From the NCBI GenBank assembly GCA_964016885.1, contig OZ024744.1, positions 31,868,001 to 31,932,000 of the forward strand: DNA of 64,000 nt, in the 5' to 3' direction. Source of the DNA: Eledone cirrhosa (lineage: Eukaryota). Under the pieces are notes generated by a model. The model worked only from the letters and a program-made list of their open reading frames with translations, was not told where the DNA came from and did no database searches. Both the position numbers and the translations under genes were made by a program. Below are positions 40,386 to 51,923 of the stretch, in pieces (positions within the stretch are counted from its first letter, which is position 1; each line of letters starts with the position of its first letter).

Positions 40386-40879
40386 AATTATCACGGAATT
40401 GAGAGAGGGTATTAGCCATATTGGCAGTATGGAGAAAAAAGTCTTAGATACTACAAATATAGTAGTAAGTGTCACATGAGCGCTTTCTGCTAAAAAAAAA
40501 AGGGAGGTAACAAATAACCAAAACGAGAGTGACAAAGTAAATAGCACCAACGTCAGGTGGCTGAAGATATGAAGCTCATGACCACTGCTGCTGTTCTGGT
40601 GCATCACTGAGGTTACGTATGGTAAATGGTAATTGCAAATAATTCTCTCTAACATTGGCACAACGCCAGATATTTATGGAGAGGGAAAATACGATTATAC
40701 CGACTCCTCTATTTAACTGCTACTTTATTTTATCGACCGTTGAAGAGACGAAGGGCAAAGATGACTTCGGCAAGATTTGAAAATAAGAGGTCGGTGAGAG
40801 CAAATCCAGGGGTTCAGGAATAGGAATGAAATTCTTAAACATTCGGCCAAATCTGCAATCTTTTTGTGATGTGTATCCT

Positions 40880-41950
40880 GTAATTCCTTTTGAAGTCGTC
40901 GGGGCGAAAACACGAACAAGTGCTATTTCTGATTTGCTCTTTGTTGGTGCTGCTGTAATTGTTCCAACATCCCTCGAAGAAGCGCAAGAATTGATGAACA
41001 ACTTCTCGCTTGCCTCTTTGATATTTGGTTTAACAATCAGCGTCAACAAGACTGAGGTTGTATATCAACCAAGGCCAATCAACCACAGACAAGTAAAAGA
41101 TGTTGAGTAAGGACAGCTAGGGCACGTGCATTCCTATGTTCCCATCACCGTTAATGGCAAGAATCTGAACTATGTGAATTCCTTTACTTACCTTGTCGGC
41201 AAGGTGAACCACTCTGCATCCCTGGATGATGAGATCGTCAATTATATCTCCAAAGTAATTGACGCTTTTGGAAAACTACATAATTGTCTATGGAGCATCA
41301 GAGGTATAACTCTGAAAACGAAAGTTGCAGTTTACCGTGAAGTGGTACTGACGATATTTTTTTATGACTCGAAGTTATGGACACTTTACTGCACCCACAT
41401 TTATAAGCTTGATGTCTTCCACAAACATTGTCTTTGTGGTTATGTACTTTCTGACAGTCTCCAAAATTCAGTTGGTTCACGAGGTGCAATCCCAACTCAT
41501 TCAGATGGGCTGCTCATATCCTACGGATGACTGAAGACTGCACATCCCAGGTACAGTCAACTTCATAATGGTGCACGTAATGTAAGTAGACCATTACTCA
41601 GATATAAAGACAAACTGAAGTACATTCTTAAATCTGTGAATATACTTCTTACCTCTTTTGAAGCCTTAGTTGCTGGCCGTGGAAAATGGAGAACTGTCTG
41701 CCATGGAAGTATACAGAACTTTGAAAAATCCGTCTGGTACATCTTGATCTAGGATCTAACACCAAGATTTCCATTCTGCTGCTCTCAAACATCTGTTAGC
41801 AGCACTAATTGCGGCGTGATGTGTAAATCAGCTGCTGGACTAAATGTGGCCTGATGTGTAAATCAGTGTCATTTAAGGTATAGCCATAACAAATAAATTG
41901 AGAAGACTGTTGAACCCTCATACATCAGTATACAACGGGAGAGCCCATCA
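40880..41950 (+). mobile_element. 5'-truncated decayed RTE-clade LINE (RT C-terminal region)
   Basis: ISDLLFVGAA (eroded LLFADD), FGLTISVNKTEV, FTYL-G, LKTKVAVYR-VVL motifs; stops and frameshifts. Confidence 0.8.
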
Positions 41951-42027
41951 TATATATATATATTTTTAGTAAGTAAGTTAATTTTATAATTTTCTTATCT
42001 CACGTCTCTTATATATATATATATGTA

Positions 42028-42092
<65 letters not shown>

Positions 42093-42315
42093 AGATAGAT
42101 ATATGCATAAACAGATGTGTCGGGCTATAACCAGTGAAGCATATCTTGTGTTGTTTGTTGTTGGCATGAAGTGGGCAACAACATTAATCAGTCATGCATG
42201 AGAAGCACTCCCCGCCGCAACTCTCTCTCTCTCTATATATATATGTCTATTTACTTATTTATTCATTCATTTAGTTATAGGCACACTCAAAGACACACAC
42301 ATATAATACGTACAT

Positions 42316-42404
<89 letters not shown>

Positions 42405-42488
42405 CCACTTCCTCCAAGCGTGAACCTAATATAACTGTAAATTTGCCTCCTATGTTTTCTTTGTTTTATTTATTAACTATAAATAAAT

Positions 42489-43388
42489 TAGCTGGCCCCG
42501 TGCCGTCAAGAATGACAGCTAAATGTGATATCTATACATAATATAACAGGGATGTTTTTTTGTTGTTTGGTTACTTCGCGCTCCCTCACACAAGTGATAC
42601 AAACATATAAACACACAAGCGTGACGAATCTTAGAACGCTGGACCTCTATAGTTTCTCACCCCCTCCTTCCTCAGTCATTACATAGATGTGTGTATATGT
42701 AATAATTATATTTTCTAAGTGTGTTTGTTTATATACAGGTATATGTATGTGTAGATTGGTGTGTGTTTGTAATTATATTGTCTATGTATCTTTCTAAATA
42801 AACACACACAAACACATATACACTCACACATATACACTCACACAAATATATATAAATAAAATTTACACAAACACACATACACACACACAAACACTCACAT
42901 AATCATCACAGCCAATGTGTGTAGCCAATTCACTATACATATACACTCACAAATGTAGTGAATGTTAGACGCTGCCACCCCTTCCTTCCTCAGTCGACTT
43001 AATCACCGCTTCCTTCCTCAGTCGACGCAATCACCCTTTCCTTCCTCAGTCGACATCATCACCCACTCCTTCCTTCCTCAGTCGACGTTATCACCCCTTC
43101 CTTTCTCGGTCGACGTTAGCAGTACTTCCTTCCTCAGTCGACGTAATCACCCCTTCCTTCCTCAGTCGACGTTAGCAGTACTTCCTTCCTCAGTCGACGT
43201 AATCACCCCTTCCTTCCTCAATCGACGTTATCAGTACTTCCTTCCTCAGTCGACGTAATCACCCCTTCCTTCCTCGGTCGACGTTAGCAGTACTTCCTTC
43301 CTCAGTCGACGTCATCACACCTTCCTTCCTCAGTCGACGTCATCTCTAGAGTGTGACGGACAAATACACACGTCTTTTATATATTAGT
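42489..43388 (-). mobile_element. Non-autonomous Helitron-like element carrying a 28-bp minisatellite (42975-43343)
   Basis: Minus 5' end CTAATATATAAAAGACGTGTG; 3' hairpin GCTGTCATTCTTGACGGC then ...CAGCTAA; GTCGAC every ~28 bp inside. Confidence 0.55.
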
Positions 43389-43515
43389 GGATATATGTGT
43401 GTATATAAAAACACAACTTGACTTTATTACATCACCTTTTAGACACCTTTTCTATCGCTCTCTGTTTTTCTCATTAGTAGTAATAGTAGTAGTAGTAGTA
43501 GTAGTGGTAGTAGTG

Positions 43516-43585
<70 letters not shown>

Positions 43586-44099
43586 TAGTAGTAGTAGTAG
43601 AGTTAGAACGAAATTTCCAACATCAATTAGATGATAGTTACAAATCGGTATAAGCACACATTCTCCTCCACTCTTGACGTTTGAAAATCATGAAAGTTGT
43701 GGAACTGGTAAAGTCATAAATTATTTTCCTATATTTTTACCCGTGTGTGATATATTAAAAAAACCTTACTTTCGAATATATATATATGATCACACCTCGT
43801 ATGGAAGAAAGGGAGAGCTTCCCTCAACATCCTCCGAGGAAACGCCTTCTCTATTCTGTTCGCCGGGGACAGCGTGTGGACCCCATTTGCTCATAATAGT
43901 TGTTTCTACTTTTGGCACAAGGCCAGCAATTATTTCAGTATATTACTGGTACTTTATTTTATCGACGCCATAAGGATGAAAGGCAAAGTTAACCTCGGCG
44001 GGATTAGAACTCAGAATGGCAAGGGCCGTAATTCTATGCTTGGCGTCCGACTCTCTACCGATACTTCCAATCTACTCCCCATTTGCTCATAATAATGAG

Positions 44100-47000
44100 A
44101 GATACAGAGAGTGGGAGAGACGGAGGCAGTGACAGTGGGAGGTTGGTTCCTCTGTGTTTGGACCTGGTGTATATGAAAGATAGGGAGAGAGTGGGAGAGA
44201 CGGAGGCGGTGACAGTGGGAGGTTGGTTGAGCCAGTATTGCCCTTTCGCACAGCTAGTTTGGATTTTGGTAGTTAGTGCTTAACTCAGGGAATACTGCAC
44301 CTGTCAAGTCGTTAGCACTGTCGACTAAAGTGCAGACCGGTTCGAGGGAGATTTTTTCATCTTCATCAAGTGGCACTTTGCCGTTCCCAAGTGTCAATAT
44401 GTTGGTAGCAAAATCTGATGACACTTGGTCACCAAGCATCCGAGCTCTCATGTTCGTAGAGAGCGTTCATGTTGTGACATAACGCCAAATCAGAGATGAC
44501 TTTAAGCATGCTCGAATAGCATCAGCCATTGTTCCTTTGGGAATAACAGGGAGGGTTTGTCTAAAATATCCGGATAAAAGGACAGTCACGCCTCCCATGG
44601 GATGCTGGAAGTCTCTTATGTCTCTTAAAGTCCGGTCCAGTGCCCCAAAGCTCCTTTATGAGCCATGGTACATTCGTCCCAAACTATAAGTTCACACCTT
44701 TTAAGCAGTTCTGCCTTTTCTGATCCTTTGGTAATATTACAGCAGGGTGTGTCATTTGCTGTCATATTGAAGGGAGTTTGAAGGCTGAATGTGGTGTCCT
44801 GTCCCCCAGGAAGCAAGCTTGCTGCAATACCGGAAGACGCAACAGCAAGTGCTATGTGTCTGTGTTGTTGAACCTTGGCAAGGAGAAGGCGTATGACAAA
44901 AGTCTTCCCTGTGCTTCCAGGAGCGTCCAAGAAAAAGATTCCTCCCGTACGATGGTGGACACAGTCAGCAATAGTGTTATATGCTCGTTCCTGTTCCTGC
45001 AGCAGCATTGGTTCATATTCAGTGACATATGTAGCCAATCTGTCAGTGTCGTAGGATCGTTCCCGAAGTATTTCTGCGAAAATGACGTCGGAGCCTGTTC
45101 TGTTGGTTTGGGGCAGGCTATATGTCTGCAGTGCATTCCCACCCATTGCAGCTATCATATTTTCAATTTCAATAAGTGCTTTGTTGTAGATTTCATCTGT
45201 GAAGCCTACTTCCATGTCAGGAAGTTGTAATTGTGCTTGATGTCTGAAGTCCTCAGAGAAGTCATCTCTCTACTTGAGCCACAAGAAGGAAGGATCGGGC
45301 AATTCACAAATGTACAGTAAGACAGCAAAAAGCTTCCTAAGGCTGTGTGGCATTTGTGAAACAACTGCTTCTGCCAAAGTGGCATCCCACTGAGCACCAT
45401 CTTCCAGTAGTCCACGCCTGAGGCAGGCCTCTCCGTACGTGTCGCAAATTTGGCCATCAATAGTTCTTAGGTGTTGAAAACTGGTTGGTCCTCTTACGTC
45501 ATGGAGAAGCATACGCAGGTAGTAACATTCTTGGTAGATGAGAGGCACTGTGTAAACTCGCGCCAGGCAGCTGTCAAAGTTAAAATCTGGATGGCCATCA
45601 ACACTTTCACCTTTGATTCTTGGCTTCCATGAATATTTGTCCCATTTATAGAAAGAGAGGACTTGGGGATACAGCAAAGTACGAGCGAATGCGTCGCCTT
45701 GACATAGTTGAAAGAATGCAGGAATAGTTGTGTTCCTTGGTTGCAGAGCCCCCAGAAAAGCTATTTGTTTTGTATAGTACCCTTTGGCCGTTTTCCATGT
45801 CCATAGCAAGGTGTTGGACGGCAGGGTATCTTCTGTGCATTGAGAAACGGTAAATTCGTCAAAAGGCCTCGCTGGTACTTATATATCGTGCTGATTGGTA
45901 CTGTGCAACTTCATCCCGTTTGTTTTCTTCTTTAAGCCCGAACATGGCGGCATCCGGGCCCTTATTTATATACTTGCAGACATATTTGATTGATTTATTA
46001 GAGTTGCACCATTCAACATTTATGTGGGAGTTGAACGCCTTGAATAGTAATGGGCAGTACGGTACGCAGTTGTACTGACGAATTTCACGAAGAAATTTTC
46101 TCGAGTCCGACGTCGCGCCTGTCAGTAGGAACTTCAACGGCTGAGGGGGGTCCCGAAGAAGGGGCAGTTTGACTTTACCATTGGCGCAGCACATTCCTTT
46201 AGCTTCCCCTGGCCATTTTTTTAGCATTGCAATGCGGGCAAATTGTAGACATAGAACCAATTTGGATATCTGGGTGCGTCTCATAACTATCGTTTGGGTC
46301 ATAGTTAAATGCCTTAAGCGACCACCGTGATCTGCAAGGCTTTGAAAGACCCCGTGCAGAAGCTCTGCGACGTGCGTTCTCGCCCAGCCGTTGTTGTCGG
46401 TGTTCAACGGTTTCTCTAGCGCGTGTAGCAGAAGTTGATGCAGCATCTCTTTGTTGTCGCAGCAAACGTTGTGTTTCAGTTTCCGCAGCTCGTGTAATAG
46501 CAGTGGCCTCTGCATTTCTTTTCTCTCGCAGTGAGCGTTGAGCATCGTTTTCTGCATTTCGAGCAGCAGAAGTTGATGCAGCATTTCGTTGCTGTCGCAG
46601 CGAACGTTGTGTTTCGTTTTCTGCAGCTCGTGCAATAGCAGTTGCTTCAGCATTTTTCTTTTGGCGGAATAATCGCTTTCCCTTATTCTCTGAAGCGCAT
46701 GCAAACGAAGTTGAGGCAGCATTTCTGTCTAGTCGTTTTGAACGTTCTCCATCTTCAGTCGCAGCTCTTGCAAGAGCTCTAAGGGAAGCTTCGTGAGTTC
46801 TTCTGGATTGAGTCATTTGTGGCGTTTCTTCCAACCGTCTTCTTTTCATTTTTAAAGCTGAAGCTGAAGATCTACCAAGTAGGCGTCTTTTTCGCCGTGG
46901 CATTGTATAATATGCGGAAGTAACCTTTTGCTGCAATAGAATTTAGGTATGGTGAGAAGAGGTGACTTTGCCTATCGCAGAAGAAGTAGTCGTTGGAGGA

Positions 47001-47328
47001 AGGATTATTTATTCTAGTTCGTAATAAAATAAGTAGTATGCTGTTTATAAATAAATTATCATCTACAACAACTACTGTCACTGAAAAAAATGGCGTAAGT
47101 GAAACGCGACATGCACGTACACACACACGTACACACGCACACACTCACGCTCGCAAACGCTCAAACGCACGCAAACTCACGCACGCACGTGTGCACGTAC
47201 ACACACATGTTAATAGATTTAACTCTTACTGGAACGCTGCACGAACACACACACACACGCACACACATTTTAATTAGTTATAGCTTTCCTTCCCCTCTTC
47301 CACTGTCATGTATCAAACACAGCGTCTG

Positions 47329-47403
<75 letters not shown>

Positions 47404-47470
47404 ATCCCCTCTTATAGTGTGTCTGTTTCTTTCATTCTCACTCTTTCTTTTTCATTTTTATAGATATAGA
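44100..47470 (-). mobile_element. Defective autonomous-type Helitron; boundaries approximate
   Basis: RepHel remnants; candidate 5' end TCTATATCTATAAAAATG at ~47464-47470; no clear 3' CTAG. Confidence 0.65.
44250..46936 (-). pseudogene. Helitron Rep/PIF1-helicase pseudogene (internally deleted, frameshifted)
   Basis: 23-aa STPR-like repeats; CPHC..MCCANGKVKLP Zn motif; Rep motif VPY..HINVE..KYVCKYINKG; helicase LDAPGSTGKT and IVWDE. Confidence 0.92.
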
Positions 47471-47635
47471 GGTTTTTTCTGTACAAAGTCGTACCTATAG
47501 TCAGTTTTATCGATCTTTTACCTGGACAAAGGGGGAGTCGATCATTCGCAATGGCGTGCCGACCTGCCCGGATAAATTTGTGGTTGATTACAAAAAAATT
47601 TGAAAATTGGCCTTGCGGATCAAAAGTTGCTGCGG

Positions 47636-47780
<145 letters not shown>

Positions 47781-47789
47781 GCAGGCACG

Positions 47790-48247
47790 TGAGTGTGCGT
47801 GTATGTATAAACCTTATGCATTTCTACAGTATTTTCACCAAACTTAAGACATAGGTTACTTATGTACTCCGGATGGTCATGGGCACTTTCATTTTTCCAG
47901 TTATTGATTATAGGGCCCCCCGGCAGATAACCCCTTTAACCACTTTAACCATTTCCTTGGAGTTGACTGAAGCACTGCACTGCAATGCAACAAAACGTCC
48001 TAACTTCTGGAGTTCGCAACCGATTTTCACAAAACTTGACACATGGGCTACGTTTGTCCTACAGATGAATGTGAACTCTCAGAATTGGCACATATTGAGT
48101 AGGGAACCCCTGGGGGCAGGAACCCCCTTTGGGGAAAAGCCGATGATTTTGTAAAAGTATAGTTTTCGAAGCAGCACTGAAGTATTGACATAAATGATAT
48201 ACATAACTGTTATTTAATACCCGAGCAACACCGGGTACCTCTGCTAG
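47790..48247 (+). mobile_element. Non-autonomous Helitron 3' portion
   Basis: Subterminal hairpin ACCCGAGCAACACCGGGT then CTAG|T at 48244-48247. Confidence 0.7.
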
Positions 48248-48506
48248 TATATATATATATATATAGGAAAATGTTCAAGACCCTGACGGCAGAGCTCAAG
48301 CCGTTTCGACGGGTATTTCTTGTCCAGAAATATTTTCCTATTACCCACTCTACTACCCTAAGTATTGAGTACTCTGGTGCGTTATGGTCTATCTGGTTCC
48401 TTACCTCACTTCCTTCGTTATATATATATATATATATATATAAGTTATTATGTGGGTAACTAGTAGTTATATATAAAGTTTACAAAAAGCTGCAATTCTT
48501 ATTGTC

Positions 48507-48547
<41 letters not shown>

Positions 48548-48777
48548 GCCGACATATATATGACAAGCTAAAACACTACACCCCCGCAACTCACATCAAG
48601 CATCGTTCCCCACCACCACCTTTGTCACTAGGCTCACCCGCCCCACCTGTCATACATGCCAAAACAATCTTCATAACTAAACCAACAATCAAAACAATAT
48701 AAATTGACCAACATATGAACGCGAAAGGTTAGACATTTATATGCCTTATATATTCAACCTGTCATTACTACAACAGA

Positions 48778-48862
48778 AGTCCGACGAGCTTTTGATTCCA
48801 GAGTCGGGCCAGATCGATACAGATCGAACCTAGAGCTGATCAACAGCGAAACGCGCGTCACC
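48778..48862 (+). ncRNA. Degenerate type I hammerhead (CCGACGA core)
   Basis: CCGACGA-GCTTTTGAT...ATCAACAGC-GAAAC-gcgc-GTC; palindromic stem III; U4>C change and weak stem I. Confidence 0.5.
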
Positions 48863-49468
48863 AATCAATAAGCGTAATGAATGCTTAACAAATCGTCTTG
48901 TATTATATATATATATATATATATGGTATTATTGGCAGTATCGGGAGAGGGTCGGACGCCATGCTTTCCAGCATAGTTACATCCCTTTACGATCTGAGTT
49001 CAAATCCCGCCGAGGTTGACTTTGCCTTTCATCCTTACGGGGTCGATAAAATAAAGTACCAGTAATGCACTGGGTAATTGCTGGCCTTGTGCCTAAAGTA
49101 GAAACAATTATATATATATTATTCAGAATAATACTAACTCCAGAAAACTTTTACTGTAGACTGCTTTTATTCTATTGTAAAACTATATTCATTGAGTAAT
49201 CAATGAACCATATTAATCTTTGGTTATATTTATTTATTTCTTCTTTCTTTCTTCTTTCTTCAATAATTTAAATTATTTTTATCTCTAACAGTTATGTAAA
49301 TTGCTATTATGTATTTGTAAGCTTTCTCACACGCACCCTCCGTATTATATATTAATTTTTTCATGTCTCAATCTTAAGGTATATAAATATTGAGTTTTGT
49401 CATATCTTATTCACTACCATGACTTAATCTTAACCATCTACTAAGTCAGGGTATGTCATGCATCATCT

Positions 49469-49536
49469 TATTTTATCTGATGAGCACGTACTGTTGAAGT
49501 ACTGCTCAGTACCTCTGAAATATGTATAAGAAAATA
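49469..49536 (+). ncRNA. Type I hammerhead ribozyme, slightly eroded
   Basis: tattttat-CTGATGA-g..GTACTG-loop-CAGTAC..t-GAAA-t-atgt-a-TA|agaaaata. Confidence 0.55.
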
Positions 49537-49577
49537 TACTTGATGACACGAATGTCTATTTTTGTTAATATTTTGAA

Positions 49578-49701
<124 letters not shown>

Positions 49702-49888
49702 AAAGAATGAAACGAAATTTCATTTCTCACTCTTAGTACGGCTGATACTTAAATGTAAGTATGTATACGTACATACATATATGTATACAGACGTACAGTA
49801 GTATGTATATATATACATACATGTACACATATATATATGTACGTATGGGTTTACCGAACATTTATTATAATGTTCGGTTTGTTTGGAA

Positions 49889-49929
49889 CGATGTACTAGT
49901 TTCAAGCTTATTAGCTATCGTCAGCATCG
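49889..49929 (-). ncRNA. Minimal type I hammerhead ribozyme
   Basis: Minus: cgatg-CTGACGA-tAGCT-aata-AGCTt-GAAAC-ta-GTA|catcg; palindromic ACTAGT stem III. Confidence 0.75.
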
Positions 49930-49959
49930 AATACCTTCCTGTCAGATGATTGAACGTTT

Positions 49960-50002
49960 ACGATACTGACGATAGCTAATAAGCTTGAAACTAGTACATC
50001 GT
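49960..50002 (+). ncRNA. Minimal type I hammerhead ribozyme (inverted partner of 49889-49929)
   Basis: acgata-CTGACGA-tAGCT-aata-AGCTt-GAAAC-ta-GTA|catcgt; one mismatch at base of stem I. Confidence 0.7.
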
Positions 50003-50204
50003 TCCTGTGTCAGTGTTGAACAAAAAGGCGACGATGGTTGCCGAACACTGTACGGCGTAATTCGGGATGTTTCTTTACAAACACACCGAGCATTATAATA
50101 AATCTTCGGTGAATCCATACGTACATATATATATATATGTGTGCAGGTATGTATATATATATACATACTACTGTACGTCTGTATACATATATGTATGTAC
50201 GCAT

Positions 50205-50510
50205 AGTGATGGTTAAGTCGGAGGTGGGGTGGTGGTGATTGTGTAGTGATGGTTAAGTCGGTGGTGGTGGTGGTGATTGTGTAGTGATGGTTAAGTCGGA
50301 GGTGGGGTGGTGGTGTTGGTGATTGTGTAGTGATGGTTAAGTCGGAGGTGGTGGTGGTGGTGATTGTGTAATGATGGTTAAGTCGGAGGTGGTGGTGGTG
50401 ATTGTGTAGTGATGGTTAATTCGGAGGTGGTGGTGGTGGTGGTGGTGGTGATTGTGTAGTGATGGTGGAAGTAATGGTGGTAGTGGTGGTGGTGATGATG
50501 GTAGTGATGA
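50205..50510. repeat. ~40-bp minisatellite (GTGATGGTTAAGTCGGAGGTGGTGGTGGTGATTGTGTA)
   Basis: About 6 units with variable GGT number. Confidence 0.85.
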
Positions 50511-51103
50511 TTTTAAAACAATATAGATCGAACATTAGAATATCGATCGAGCTGCTGAAGTAACTGAAATAAATATATTGCGCAAGAATCATTGAAACAA
50601 CACAATTTATCTTTTATGTCTTGGTGTAAACGTCTTCGTCGCGCTGTCTGCGACCTGGTCAATGCCACGGTTCCGCTGCAAATCCTTAGCAAAGTGACTA
50701 TGTTGAAACTAAAGAATTTACAATGTGCCGGATTCATTTTAACAATTCAAAACGCACAGACACACACACACACACGCACATACACAAACAAACACATACA
50801 CACACATACACACATACACACATACACACACACACACCGTTGACTTTACATTTATTATTTACATCACCGGTGTCAACATTTTCGTTGCTGCGTTCGCGAC
50901 CTGGTCACAGACACAGTTTTACTGAAAAATATAAATGTTACATATGAAGTGAAATTAACACTTTTTTGTTTTCATCCTTACTGGGTCGATAAAATAAAGT
51001 ACCAGTAATACACTGTGATAATTGCTGGCCTTGTGCCAAAAGTAGAAACAATTATTGGCAGTATCGGTAGAGAGTCGGACGCCAAGCTATGTAACATAGA
51101 GAT

Positions 51104-51480
51104 GTGCTGCCCCGCAGTACATTTACTGAAAGGTGGGTGAATGTGGCGAGAATGGCCCGTGTGAGTGGGCCTACTCTGGTCATGCGGCTGTAGCTAGGTA
51201 AATTTGAAGAGGAGAGGGGTTCCCTTCCAGGGTGCTCTCGAAGCGTCGGGTCGTTCAGGACTTGTGGGGGTACCTGAGCGAACCCTAGGTGGTCATCCCC
51301 CCTATTGGGGAATGTTTTCTTGTAATTTTCTTGTTACTTTATTGTTACTTTGTTATTGTTACTTTATTTATTCATATTGTTTACTCGATTTTTCTGTAAA
51401 ACCCCATTGTCCCGTCTTTTGTATTGTCCCCTATATGTCGGCCCTTGTGGCCAATAAATGAAATCATTATTATTATCATT
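51104..51480 (+). mobile_element. 5'-truncated 3' fragment of the Tx1/L1-like LINE, inverted relative to the full copy
   Basis: Near-identical reverse complement of 51640-52013, ending AATAAATGAAATC(ATT)n. Confidence 0.9.
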
Positions 51481-51923
51481 GGTACTTTATTTTATCGACC
51501 CCGTAAGGATGAAAGGCAAAGTTAACCTCCGCGGGATTTGAACTCAGATCGTAAAGGACGCAACTCTATGCTTCACAGCATGGCGCCCGACCCTCTACCG
51601 ATACTGCCAATACACCGCCCTAAAGGGACCTAATAATAATAATAATAATAATGATTTCATTTATTGGCCACAAGGGCCGGCATATAGGGGACAATACAAA
51701 AGACGGGACAATGGGGTTTTACAGAAAAATCGAGTAAACAATATGAATAAATAAAGTAACAATAACAAAGTAACAATAAAGTAACAAGAAAATTACAAGA
51801 AAACATTCCCCAATAGGGGGGATGACCACCTAGGGTTCGCTCAGGTAGCCCACCAGTCCTGAACGAGCCGACGCTTCGAGAGCACCCTGGAAGGGCACCC
51901 CTCTCCTCTTCAAATTTACCTAG

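Larger units (their letters stand above)
49768..50201. mobile_element. Non-coding fold-back element with outer ~120-bp inverted arms and an inner inverted pair of hammerheads
   Basis: 49768-49885 vs 50078-50201 inverted; solo arm copy at ~20712-20832. Confidence 0.75.

Noticed and set aside
50620-50915. Two minus-strand TGACCAGGTCGC...GAA motifs resembling core-variant hammerheads
   Set aside because: Could not build consistent stems I and III with a valid NUH in either copy
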